From Eledone cirrhosa (taxonomy: Eukaryota), in assembly GCA_964016885.1 (NCBI GenBank), contig OZ024741.1:385454001-385518000 (forward strand): 64,000 nucleotides of DNA, in the 5' to 3' direction. Position 1 is the first letter of the stretch. Each line of letters begins with the position of its first letter. A program made the position numbers and the translations under genes. Below are positions 37,770-49,520 of this stretch, piece by piece. The notes beneath the pieces were generated by a model. It had not been told where the DNA came from. It did no database searches and saw nothing but the letters and a program-made list of their open reading frames with translations.

Positions 37770-37930
37770 AAGATGGTGAAGACATTGCAATGGAGTCATG
37801 CTGGAACAGCCATTCAACCTCAATGGGCTTACACTTGTGGGTAGCCATCTCCACTCCGATAGCAGTGTGAAGGGATGTGGTCCGGGGGACAAGAATGCTG
37901 GAAGTGTCCACTGCCACAGGTTCAACCACA
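37770..37930 (-). mobile_element. Diverged CRE-like endonuclease fragment
   Basis: VEPVAVDTSSILVP..IG..EVEWLFQHDSIA resembles the CRE C-terminus PxAVETxG..WLFQRxSIA. Confidence 0.55.
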
Positions 37931-38648
37931 AACCTATCAGAGAGTGGCGTGAAGTTACTGATGTTAAACTTAATACTTATTTCTTACATTGGCACAAGGC
38001 CAGCAATTTATGTGAAAGGGAAAGTCAGTTATATCGATCCTATTACTTAATTGGTACTTTTATTGACCCTGGAAGAATTAAAATTATAGTTGACTTCAGC
38101 AGGATTTGAACTCAGAATGTAAAGAGTCGGAACAAATACTGATAAGCATCTAATGCCAATCCACCAGCCAGAAGTTAAACTTATTAATGAAATAAAGAAG
38201 AGAGAGAAAGGGGATCATGAGAAATCTAAGCTAAACACCAATCAAATGTTATAACAGCCAATCATAGGTGCAAGCATGGCTGTGTGGTTGAGGTGTTTCA
38301 CAACAGTATAGTTCTGGTTCTGGGTTCAGCCCAACTGACAACACCTTGGACAAGTGTCTTGTCCTATTGTCTCAAGTTGATCAAATAATTGTGGACAGAC
38401 TGTGAACATTTGTATTATGAGACTAAAGACTTGCATATTTAATATGATGCAGTCATTAGGATAAAAATAATGCTTTCTGATTTAGGAACAAGGCCAACAA
38501 TTTTTGGGGGAGGGGAAAGTTGACTAAATCGACCCCAGTACGTTACTGGTACTTTATTTTATCGACCCCATAAGCTAACTTAAACTCAGAAGATAAAGGG
38601 GCGTAACTATATATCACAAAGCATGTGAAAATGAACATTAAATGGTGA

Positions 38649-38685
<37 letters not shown>

Positions 38686-38728
38686 AAAGAAATCAAAGAA
38701 CGCTTACATACTCAAACAGTTTTTATTT

Positions 38729-38773
38729 GCTGACAATGTTTCATCCATACCGTTGGGCAGGAATCATCAGAGC
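38729..38773 (-). ncRNA. Type I minimal hammerhead-ribozyme-like motif
   Basis: Minus strand GCT-CTGATGA-TTCCTGCCCAACGGTATGGAT-GAAA-CATTG-TC-AGC. The core boxes, GUC site and stems I/II/III are present, but the 10.1-11.1 position is U-U. Confidence 0.55.
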
Positions 38774-38875
38774 TTAATAAACAAAAATACAGTGCTGAGT
38801 ATAAGCTTACGACACGGTACATGTGTGTTTATGCACATACACTCCGTGCTCTACGTAAATATATATATATATATA

Positions 38876-38944
38876 TTGGATCGCCAAGTATGAAATTTGT
38901 AGGAAAAAAAACAAATTTCTACAAATTTCATACTTGACGACCCA
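38876..38944. mobile_element. ~70-bp mariner-derived palindromic MITE
   Basis: Perfect 18-bp inverted repeat (38885-38902 / 38919-38936) with a 16-nt loop. Imperfect outer arms TTGGATCG / CGACCCA follow a (TA)n tract. Confidence 0.7.
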
Positions 38945-39225
38945 TCATCATCATCATCATCATTTTACGTCCACTTTTCCCTGCTTGCAAGGGTGGGACG
39001 GGAACTGATTCTGGCTTGATTTCTACAGCTGGATGCCCTTCCTAACACCAACCTCATTTACAGTGAGTGCTGGGTGCTTTTTTTCCATGGCACCTACATG
39101 TCCACTTTACAGTGTGGACTGGGTGCTTTTTTGCTGTGGCACCTCCACGACCACTTTGCAGTGGAATGATAGGGACCCCAGTCCGTATCATCTCATTTCT
39201 ACAGCTGAGTAAACTGTAGCAATGT
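38945..39225 (-). mobile_element. Young CORE-type SINE copy, 5'-truncated
   Basis: Near-identical to 12819-13040, with one extra internal ~46-bp unit. Confidence 0.8.
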
Positions 39226-39749
39226 TAAATATATATATATATATAATAAATACATATACACATACACTAAATGTACAAATACATATAAATAGATGTAGGA
39301 ACACACACACACATATAGAAGCACACATGGAAGGGACCCAACTGCTAACAGAATTGCTCCGACCCTCATGAAAGTACAAAAGAAATCGATTTAAAGTAAA
39401 CAAAAAACACAAAATTCTTAAATTAGCTGGTTGTCTTCAATTCAGCATTATTTCCCTCCTCTGATGTTTCTCAACTATTATACTACATTCTATTGTTAGT
39501 CAATTGCAGTGAACTTGCTCAGTTCCTATTAATACTAAAGTGTGTATGTGTGTAACTCTATTGATTTTTTTTTTTTTGTTATCTGTCATATAAACTTGCA
39601 TGCCTCCATTGCCTCTATCCCTTGTTCAGAACAATTTCAACTTCCTTCAAACTCCCTTCCAAACCAAACATGTTTTACTGTCAGCAGGCATGAAATGAAA
39701 TCCCTTTTTTTCTTCTTTTTTTTTTCTTTTTCAGGAATAAAATATTTAT

Positions 39750-40262
39750 ATGATGTCATCATCATTGTTATCATCATCATCATTTTCAGCCTATTACCAT
39801 GATCATTGTTATCATCATCATCACCACCATCACTGTTATCCCATCACCACCATCACTGTTATCCCATCACCACCATCACTGTTATCCCATCACCACCATC
39901 ACTGTTATCCCATCACCACCGTCACTATTATCCCATCACCACCATCACTGTTATCCCATCATCATCACTGTTATCCCATCATCGTCATCACTTATCCCAT
40001 CATCATCATCATTGTTATCCCATCATCATCATCACCATTATTCCATCACCACCATCATTGTTATCCCATCACTACCATCATTGTTATCCCATCATCATCA
40101 TCACCATTATTCCATCACCACCATCACTGTTATCCCATCATCATCATCATCACTTATCCCATCATCATCATCATTGTTATTTATCATCATCATCACTGTT
40201 ATCCCATCATCATTATTCCACAATATCAGCTGCAACTTCCTACTACTCATCATCATCATCTA
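39750..40262. repeat. (CAT/CAC)n-derived minisatellite
   Basis: Units such as CATCACCACCATCACTGTTATCC. Confidence 0.9.
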
Positions 40263-40599
40263 CTATAACACTAAGAATGAGGCAATGAGAGATTTTACAT
40301 GGCTTTTACCTGCTAGAAATAGCAGCTAAATTTTTCTCGAATGGTATCCTTATCAACTTAAAATGGATAGGACACACTAGATAATATAGTTCTAACAGAC
40401 TATGTTAGACACAGTGGGATGGTCACTGAGGGAAAGCATTATATATTTGTATATATACATCTTTATATATCTGTAAAGCCAGGGCCAAATAAATATTTTC
40501 AAAATTAATTGAAAATCACCCAAACATTTTAAGTCCATCTTCCCTGTGACAAAATTCTGTGACAAACTTCTCCATTTTTCCCAATCAACAGCAACTCAG

Positions 40600-41580
40600 G
40601 TTGTGCAGGAGTATGGGATTCATGGTCAGCTTCTTGTTGCCCTGATGTCTCTATATGAATGCTGAAGTATTTGTGTTTGGATAAATGGTGCTAAATTGAA
40701 ACCATTCAATGTGGGAGTCGCCAAGAGTGTGTACTGTCACCTCTCCTGTTCATTATTTTCATGAAAAGGATTGACATACTCAGCCAGGTTGGAAGTGGTA
40801 TCGTGACTGGTTGGAAGTGGTATCGTGACCAGTTGGCTGGAATTTGCAGACGACATGGTATTTCTTAAATCGACAGGTGATCTCTGATTTGCACTAGAAA
40901 GGTTTGATGCCAAGTGCTGCATGGCTGGAATAAAAATCAATGCTGCGAAAACTGAGACACTCATCCTCTCAAAGAAGCCTGCGCAGTGCACTCTACATGT
41001 GAATGAAGTTCCACTGAAGCAGGTAGAGAAGTTCAAGTATCTTGGGGCTGTGTTCACGAGTGATGGAAAGCAGGAAGCTGAATTAAGTGCAAGAATTGCA
41101 GGAGCTGGTGCTGTAATGTGGCAGCTTTAGCATTCGGTACACAGTAGAAGGGAGGTAGGTGTAACAGTAAAACTTGCTATCTTCAATTTGGTATTTGTAC
41201 CAACCCTTACCTATGGTCATGAATCTTGGGTAATGACCAAAAGAATACGATCACAAATACAAGCGGCCGAAATGGGGTTTCTTCAAAGGGTCTTTGGAGT
41301 AACGTTACTCGATAGAGTGCGTAGCTCAGAGATAAGAGTTGCTCTACGTTGAGCCACTACTTCTCCAATTGAGAGATCACAACTCTAAAGTTACGGGCAT
41401 GTGGTTAGAATATTTCAGGAAAGATTCGCTGGACAGATTTTACAGGCAAAACCAACTGGGGTGAACTCCAAGCAAGATGATTAGATAACATCCATGAGCT
41501 TGGCCGGTCATGCTTGGGGATCCAGCAGTATCTGAAAACTCTTCCCTCACAACCCTCTCAGGAATAAATGGGTGAAAAAG
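40600..41580 (+). mobile_element. RTE-clade LINE (family A), RT to 3' end, degenerate
   Basis: QECVLSPLLFIIFM..FADDMV..GIKINAAKTE..QVEKFKYLG..YGHESW..AAEMGFL, with stops and frameshifts. Confidence 0.9.
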
Positions 41581-42764
41581 AACTGCAAACCTCCTCACCA
41601 ACCCCTTGGCTTTCCTTTCTTCCTCCATCATAAGCAATGTCTTTTATTAGAAATATAGTAACAAAAGGGTTATAATTAATGGTGGTGTTTATTCCTCATT
41701 TATTACCTCTGCGTTCTTGTAAAGCGATTGGTGATAGGTAGCTAAAGTATGTATTTAACTCGGAGGCTCATCAGGACGGTGCTTATCTCTTTTTCCATAG
41801 CATTAAGTAACTGTGAATACAAGACTCCCCCATGGATGGGACGCCAGTCCGTCACAGGGTTAAACAGCCAACTATTGCTGGTACTAATTTTCAGTTGAGT
41901 ATACTGGAGCAACATAAAATGAAGTGTTTTGCTCAAGAACACAACTCAGAACCCAATCAAGAAATCAAACCAATGACATTATGATCAGAAGTCCATAACA
42001 CCTGCCACTAGGCCATGCACCTCCACAGACAGGAAAAGCATTCAGTTATAGAAGCTATGTCACAAATGGAACATACAAGAGAGAGACATGGTTTCTCACT
42101 TGTCTAGGAAGGCAGTAACTCCAAACAACAACTGACATGGACTATAAGAAACCTGTCCGACCCATACCAACATGAAATTGTGGATGTGAAATGATAATGA
42201 TGTTGTATCTATGTGTGTGTATTTGTGTCTATGTGTGCATTTGTATATATGTATTCATATATGATCAGTCAACAAATCGGACCAAGGAAACAGTGTTTCC
42301 ATTGATCATTCCATTGCGGACACTATCTAACGGTCACAACTTCTGGCAGAATGTGAAATAAAACGTCTTGCTCAACAACATAACGCATTGCCTGGTCTGG
42401 GAATCAAACTCGCAACCTCACAATTGCAAATCCAATTCTCTTACTACTCAGCCTTCACTCATATATGATAACGATTATGAAAATACATGTGTTTGTGTGT
42501 GTAGTTGTATATTTTGTTTGTATTGTTTTTATAGTGTTTATTCCATATGTCTCTCTCTATCTCTGTGTTTGTATGAAGGTCTTTATGTGATTTACATATA
42601 CATGTGTATGTGTTTATCTGCCTATCTATCCCCACCCAGTCCGTTCAAAGAGCACCCTAGAAAGAACAATGCAGATAAGCTGAATACCACGAGATGTACA
42701 TGTGATCATGTAAGCAGTGGACTGCTGGTGTGAACCTGACAGTAACAAAGGTCAAAGTTGATAT

Positions 42765-43335
42765 CACCAGGTACACCTACAATTGTGGCATGTTATCACC
42801 CCAAATATGCACCAGGTACACCTACAATTGTGACATGTTATCACCCCAAATATGCACCAGGTACTCCTACAATTGTGGCATGTTATCACCCCAAATATGC
42901 ACCAGGAACACCTACAATTGTGACATGTTATCACCCCAAATATGCACCAGGTACACCTACAATTGTGGCATGTTATCACCCCAAATATGCACCAGGTACA
43001 CCTACAATTGTGGCATGTTATCACCCCAAATATGCACCAGGTACACCTACAATTGTGGCATGTTATCACCCCAAATGTGCACCAGGTACACCTACAATTG
43101 TGGCATGTTATCACCCCAAATATGCACCAGGTACACCTACAATTGTGGCATGTTATCACCCCAAATATGCACCAGGTACACCTACAATTGTGGCATGTTA
43201 TCACCCCAAATATGCACCAGGTACACCTACAATTGTGGCATGTTATCACTCCAAATATGCACCAGGTACACCTACAATTGTGGCATGTTATCACCCCAAA
43301 TATGCACCAGGTACACCTACAATTGTGACATATCA
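42765..43335. repeat. 45-bp minisatellite, ~12.5 copies
   Basis: Unit CACCAGGTACACCTACAATTGTGGCATGTTATCACCCCAAATATG, with near-identical copies. Confidence 0.97.
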
Positions 43336-43860
43336 TCTTGAATGTACTAGGACACATTTTCAAAACAAAATCTCTCTCTCTCTACTGCCTTCTCTTTTTT
43401 TACAAACATTATATCCTGCCACTGACATCATCACAACAATCACCACCACCTGGAGAGACTGGGCTCTGCCAGGTTTAAAATGCCCAAGACTCATTAGTTG
43501 TCAGGACAGTGTATTTACACGTCATTGACAGTTAAGGTCCATTTCCTTTCCTTAATATAGAGGCTGCTATATTGATATTTTAGAATAGTACTTGTTTGGC
43601 AACTGACTTGGTCTGAGCTAATGAGTTTGAAACTGAAACAATTATATTAATATTTGTTATGTGAGCTAGCTACTAGTAGCTTTGTGTTTGAAAGGTTAGA
43701 CATCTCCCACATGGCATAAAGTTTATTTCAATGTTTGAATTATTTATTTGATGCTTTACCGATGTAAAACACCACTAATGTCTTCAAATTAAATTATTTT
43801 AGTATGTGACTTTTATAATTTTCTCATACCACATTTATAAAATTTTTTTCTTCCAGCCTC

Positions 43861-44128
43861 TTAACACTTTTGATACCAAACTACACGAAATCAGCCCTAG
43901 TTCTATGATACAACGCTGTTTGTTTTAAAGAGTTTATATCTATCTAAAAACCTGCCATCATAATTTTGTGAAAGACCTTTGTGTTAAGTTATACTCCAAA
44001 CACCAGTTTAATAATGAGGAAGTTATTTACCTTACTAAATCAATCCAAATTCTTGATTATTTACAAAATTTATTGAAAGCCGTTGGCAATGTTTTTTTCC
44101 ATTAGAAATATGGCAATGAAAAGGTTAA
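43861..44128. mobile_element. piggyBac-type MITE copy
   Basis: TTAA|CACTTTTGATACCA ... TGGCAATGAAAAGG|TTAA. Confidence 0.65.
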
Positions 44129-44359
44129 CAATATTTCTGTATAGTTCAATTATAGTAGAATGTATGAGATATTGATCTTCCATTGTTTGTTGATTGTTGG
44201 CTGTGAGTGTCTTAGTCAGTTATTGGTTTATCAATTCTATCTTACTAATTAACATTAACTATGTAGGGTGGGGTACAGAGCCTATTCCCACTCTTCCCCA
44301 AACCATAAAATGAAAAAAAAACCTGTATTATGCTTTATGTCTCATTAGTGTATTTAGTG

Positions 44360-44505
44360 CAAGCACGGGCAACCCTTTTTGAGCAGTGGGCCCCATAGGA
44401 TGTGGATCATCATAATGTGGGCCGCACTACTAAAACATTTGAGGTAATTTTTAAATTAGGCGTTCCATTGAGAAAACCAAATAGGCTGCAGTTTGCCCAT
44501 GACTG
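44360..44505. mobile_element. hAT-type MITE
   Basis: 8-bp TSD ATTTAGTG (44352-59 and 44506-13), with imperfect TIRs CAAGCACGGGCAAC / GTTTGCCCATGACTG. Confidence 0.75.
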
Positions 44506-44900
44506 ATTTAGTGTATATGTGAAGTTTCAGTGTGTGCATATTCTGCTATTCTTTTACCTGCTCCAACCATCCAGCTGAGGGCATGCTGGAGCACCGCCCT
44601 TAATATGTGTGTGATTGTTGTTTAGCCCTAGGTTAGCTCTGATCAAGCAAGCAGATAGTTGGCCAAATGACAAGGCACAACACACAGATCCATCCTCCTA
44701 GTTATACTATGTCTCTGTCAAACTGATATCCATATTTCACTATCCAATAGTCAATGTTGAATCATATGAGGTGTATGACAATCTGGGCATATTGCATATT
44801 TTGCACTCTCCAAACTTAGGTAAGCAAGGTGGACTCAGAGCACATTAGTTTGTTGCTTTGTACACATATTGTTAGTGATGTCCGTTCCAGCACAGTGCTT

Positions 44901-45212
44901 GGGATCAGTGAGGTTAATGTGGGATCAGTGAGGTTAACGTGGGATCAGTGAGGTTAATATGGGATCAGTGAGGTTAATGCGGGATCAGTGATGTTATTAA
45001 TGTGGGATCAGTGGGGTTATTAATGTGGGATTAGTGATGTTATTAATGTGGCATCGGTGATGTTATTAATGTTGGATCAGTGATGTTATTAATGTGGGAC
45101 CAGTGATGTTATTAATGTGGGACCAGTGATGTTATTAATGTGAGACCAGTGATGTTATTAATGTGGGATCAGTGATGTTATTAATGTGGGATCAGTGATA
45201 TTATTAATGTGG
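44901..45212. repeat. 20/23-bp minisatellite
   Basis: GGGATCAGTGAGGTTAATGT x4, switching to GGGATCAGTGATGTTATTAATGT x~10. Confidence 0.92.
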
Positions 45213-46834
45213 CAGCTATTTTTGTGTGTATGTGTCTTTTTTTATGTTTGTCTGTGCTGAGTGGTAGAGATAGTGTATTCAGGATGTTATAGCTCTGGGT
45301 GTTGTTATTTGTCTCTGGGTGTTTGGTGATGATTTTGTTCATGTAATGACAGGAACCATGAGGGTTGAATTTTGTGATATGTATGGGAGATTTTTTATTG
45401 TTGAAGTAATCATGTATTTTGTGTTAAATTTGTGATCTGAATCTGTGTTGTAATTTGGAGATGAAGATGTGTATGGGTTAATATTTTTGAAGGTGTCCAT
45501 AAGAGGGTGATGATTCTTTGATGCTATTTCACTTCATTATTTGTATTTTTTTTTGTGGTGATTGTGGTGGACTTAGATTTGTTAGAGCTTTGCCAAGTTT
45601 AGAGATTCTGGAATTTGGTGTGTGTTTGTAGCTGGTATTCTATGACATCATCATCATTTTACATCCACTTTCCATGTTGGCATGGGTTGGACAAGTCGTC
45701 ATGGCCTAAGACCAGATGGCTCAAAGAACTACGTCTTGCCCATAAGTTCTATATTTTGGTATTATATAAAAAAACAACTCAAACTAACTAGTTGGTGTTT
45801 ATTCATACAGTAATTATAACATCTGTTTACAAATAAAGTAGCCACCTCTTATACCCTGGAGGCACGTGTCTTAGTGGTAAGGGTGTTGGACATATGATCA
45901 TAATGTCATGGGTTTGATTCCTGGGCTGGGTTGTATGTTGTATTCTTGAGCAAAACACTTCATTTCATATTGCTCCAGTATATTCAGCTGAAAACGAGTA
46001 CCAGCAGTAGCTGGAGGGTTGAACCCTGAGATGGATTGACATCTTGTCAAGGAGTGAGTCTTGTATTCTCGGTCATTTCATGTCATGGAAACCGGGATAA
46101 GCACCGACCTGATGAGCCCTCAGGTCCAACACAGACTTTAGACTTCTTATACTTAGCTGTTATTGTTGTGTTTCATGTTTATTTGTTTATTTATATTATT
46201 GCCTGGCAACAGAACAGATGAAATCAGAATAAGACTTAGGAACATGGAACTAAATTTGTAAATTCTCTTGTTTATAATGCCAAGATGATGAAATTCTCTT
46301 ACACAAAAATAAAGAATATCTGTAAATCATCTCTCATTTAGTTGTTCCCTTAAAGGCTGGAAGTTAGCTCTCTCTCTCTTCCCTATCTCCCCCCCCCCCC
46401 TCTCTCTCTCTCTCGTGTGTGTATGTATAATGTCAGCATGAAAAATATGTAAAACCATTATGATGTATGTATATATGTATATATATATATTATGAATAAG
46501 AGAGATGGTTTTATTTGTATATCTTTTTATTACTTATATTCTTCTTATATATATAATATCATTATCATTATGCCCGTTGTTCTCTGCATGTGTTGGGTGT
46601 GTGTGGTGTGTGTGTGTGGTGTACGTGTGTGGTGTGTGTGTGTGTGTGTGTAGTGTGTGTGTGTGTGTGTGGTTTTATCAGTTCAGTGGATCAGTTATAG
46701 TGAAAAAATAAGAAAATTGTTATACAACCCAGGTTTCTACCCTAGATTCTATTTATATTCCATAATCTAGCAATGCATGACAGATAAGAGTTGTGGATAT
46801 GGCTAATGTGAAGCTGCAGCAATATAGCAGTGTC

Positions 46835-47392
46835 TGTGGCTACTGTGTGATAGTGTGGTTAGAGTGTGATAGTGTGTGATAGTGTGGTTAGAGTGTGATA
46901 GTGTGGCTACTGTGTGATAGTGTGGTTAGAGTGTGATAGTGTGTGATAGTGTGGTTAGAGTGTGATAGTGTGGCTACTGTGTGATAGTGTGGTTAGAGTG
47001 TGGTTAGTGTGTGGCTACTGTGTGATAGTGTGGTTAGTGTGTGATAGTGTGGCTACTGTGTGATAGTGTGGCTACTGTGTGATAGTGTGGCTACTGTGTG
47101 ATAGTGTGGCTACTGTGTGATAGTGTGTGATAGTGTGGCTACTGTGTGATAGTGTGGTTAGAGTGTGGTTAGTGTGTGGCTAGTGTGTGGTTAGTGTGTG
47201 ATAGTGTGGTTAGTGTGGCTACTGTGTGATAGTGTGGCTACTGTGTGATAGTGTGGCTACTGTGTGGTTAGTGTGTGATAGTGTGGCTACTGTGTGATAG
47301 TGTGGCTACTGTGTGATAGTGTGGTTAGTGTGTGATAGTGTGGTTAGTGTGTGATAGTGTGGCTAGTGTGTGGTTAGTGTGTGATAGTGTGG
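46835..47392. repeat. Compound GTGTGATAGTGTGG(CTACT/TTAG) minisatellite
   Basis: Mixed 9-10 bp sub-units in tandem. Confidence 0.92.
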
Positions 47393-47677
47393 TGGTGGTG
47401 TGTGTGGCTGCAGGAAGATTGGTGTTGATAGCGTTGGTGATAATGACGTACGAGAGGGTGGGATGGATGAGGAGGGGGTTGAGTTTTAATGTAGAAGCTC
47501 TGGTATGGGTGGTGTCACAATTAGTGGCTGCTGATGCAGTAATGAAATGGAGGACACTGTCATTCCTCTCCACTCCCCAACCCCTGTGTAACTAATTATT
47601 TTCCTGACTCTACATACCTTACCTGAGAGAGACATTTAACTTCATTTGGAATTATATAGCCCACATGAAATTCAATC

Positions 47678-47711
<34 letters not shown>

Positions 47712-48399
47712 GTTTTTGCAGCTGCTTTTCCATGCTTGCATTTATTTTAAAAAGTAGTTTATATTAAGTAAGATATATAATAGACAGCAACTATCCCATG
47801 CCTCCCCCACTCACCATTTTACCTCTCCCCCAGTTTCTCGTGAAACTTCACTCTATATTCTGTCTAACTTCCACTTTTCTTCTCAGTTTTCACTTTATCT
47901 GATTGCTTATTTTACTCCGCTATGTTCTCTGCAGTCAGGTAAGACTTACTTTTTCAACCCCTTCAATGTAAACATCCTATATGTAAACTATACTTGTTTA
48001 ATATCTATCTACCTAACGATATGCTTATATTTTTTTCATCAAGTCTTCTTTTTCTTCTCCTTCTTGTTTCTTCTTATTTTTCCTTTTCTTCATCAGCTGG
48101 CAGGTGGTATACTATCATATATAAGATACTGAACCCTAAACATCAAACTAAGCAGCTGGATGTTCTGTCCTTAAGGATCTTTTCATGCAGCTGTTCTCTT
48201 TCAATTTTCACTTTCTGCCTGTTATTTTCATATCACTTTCTACTGCTGCTGCTGCTGCCACTACTGCTACTGTTAATACTACTACCAACACCATTACTAC
48301 TACTACTACTACTACCACCTTCTTTCGGCTAGTGTGTAACTAAGTTCTCCCATTTTGTTATTTTGTTAATCACATTTATTAAGTCAACTTGCAAATGAG

Positions 48400-48485
48400 C
48401 ACCAACTTGGGTACATGCACCAACTTGACTACATGCACCAACTTGTGTACATGCACCAACTTGACTATGTTCACAAACTTACATG
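48400..48485. repeat. 18-bp tandem repeat, ~4.5 copies
   Basis: TACATGCACCAACTTG(AC/TG). Confidence 0.8.
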
Positions 48486-49237
48486 TGTACATCCACCGAC
48501 TGAATACTCACACATCAGTTACATACCTTCCTATAAACTACACAGAGGGTCCTTTTTCTCAAAAAGCAACCAAATTATATCCCACCATTTTAAAGGAATG
48601 ACACTAAGCATTCTAGCCATAAATATGCTGAAAAACATGATGATTATGGCTAGAATGCCTTTGATGATAGGCCTGACTCTTCAAAACTGACCTCGATCTA
48701 AACAACAGTAAGAATATATTCACACATCAGTCCACTCCAAGCATGGAAAAACGGATGTAAAGATGATGATGAGGATGATGATGACATATAGGTGCTACAT
48801 ATAAAAGTATATACATACAAACTATATACATCTAATGCTTAATGATTTAATTTTTTTTAATGTAGGCATATTGAAATAGGGTGTATATTCTGTTAAAAAT
48901 CAATTATAATTCAAATATAAGTATATCTGCCTTTGTTATGTCTAGCCATATTGTAGTATTTTTTTTTTTTTTTTTTTTTGTGGTTTTATTTGCACCAGTC
49001 ACCAATCTGGTACTTTTCTTAGACCTGCAAAGACGAGGCTTATTTAGTTATTTAGAGGTGGCCTTTGCTCGCTTTGTTGTGAGGGTTTCTTGGGAGATAA
49101 GTGTCACACATTGCTCCATCTCTCCTAGTAGCTTACCTCTGTTGGTCTGGAGTTGCTTATTTGTCTGGCAGGTGCCTGTTTATATCGCAACTCACCATCA
49201 AAGTGGGCAAAGAAGTATATCTGAATATAATTATTAC

Positions 49238-49520
49238 AAACTGGAGCAATGTGAAATAAAGTGTCTTGTTGTTTCCTTGAGCAAGACACTTTATTTCACA
49301 TTGCTCCAGTTTACTCAGCTGTAGAAATGAGATGGTAGGGACTGGGGTCCATATCATTCCACTGCAAAGTGGTCGTGGAGGGGCCACGGCAAAAAAGCAC
49401 CCAGCACTCACTGTAAAATGAGGTTGGTGTTAGGAAGGGCATCCAGCTGTAGAAATCATGCCAGAATCAGTTCCCGTCCCACCCTTGCAAGCAGGGAAAA
49501 AGCGGATGTAAAATGAAAAA
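49238..49520 (+). mobile_element. Young CORE-type SINE with a fold-back 5' inversion
   Basis: 49238-49268 is the exact reverse complement of 49282-49312. The body matches the reverse complement of 12819-13070. Confidence 0.85.

Noticed and set aside
39750-40329. His/Ile/Ser-rich ORFs
   Set aside because: These are translations of a (CAT)n-derived repeat.
42730-43528. Cys-rich 15-aa repeat ORFs (zinc-finger or metallothionein-like)
   Set aside because: The 45-bp unit is open in several frames on both strands, with no splice signals or codon-position bias.
46088-46125. GAAAC..CTGATGAG in SINE tails (also ~41765, 49885, 61975) as a hammerhead
   Set aside because: The boxes are present, but there is no NUH plus stem I between the stem and CTGATGA, and no stem II partner. 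It is better explained as a LINE-derived 3' stem-loop.
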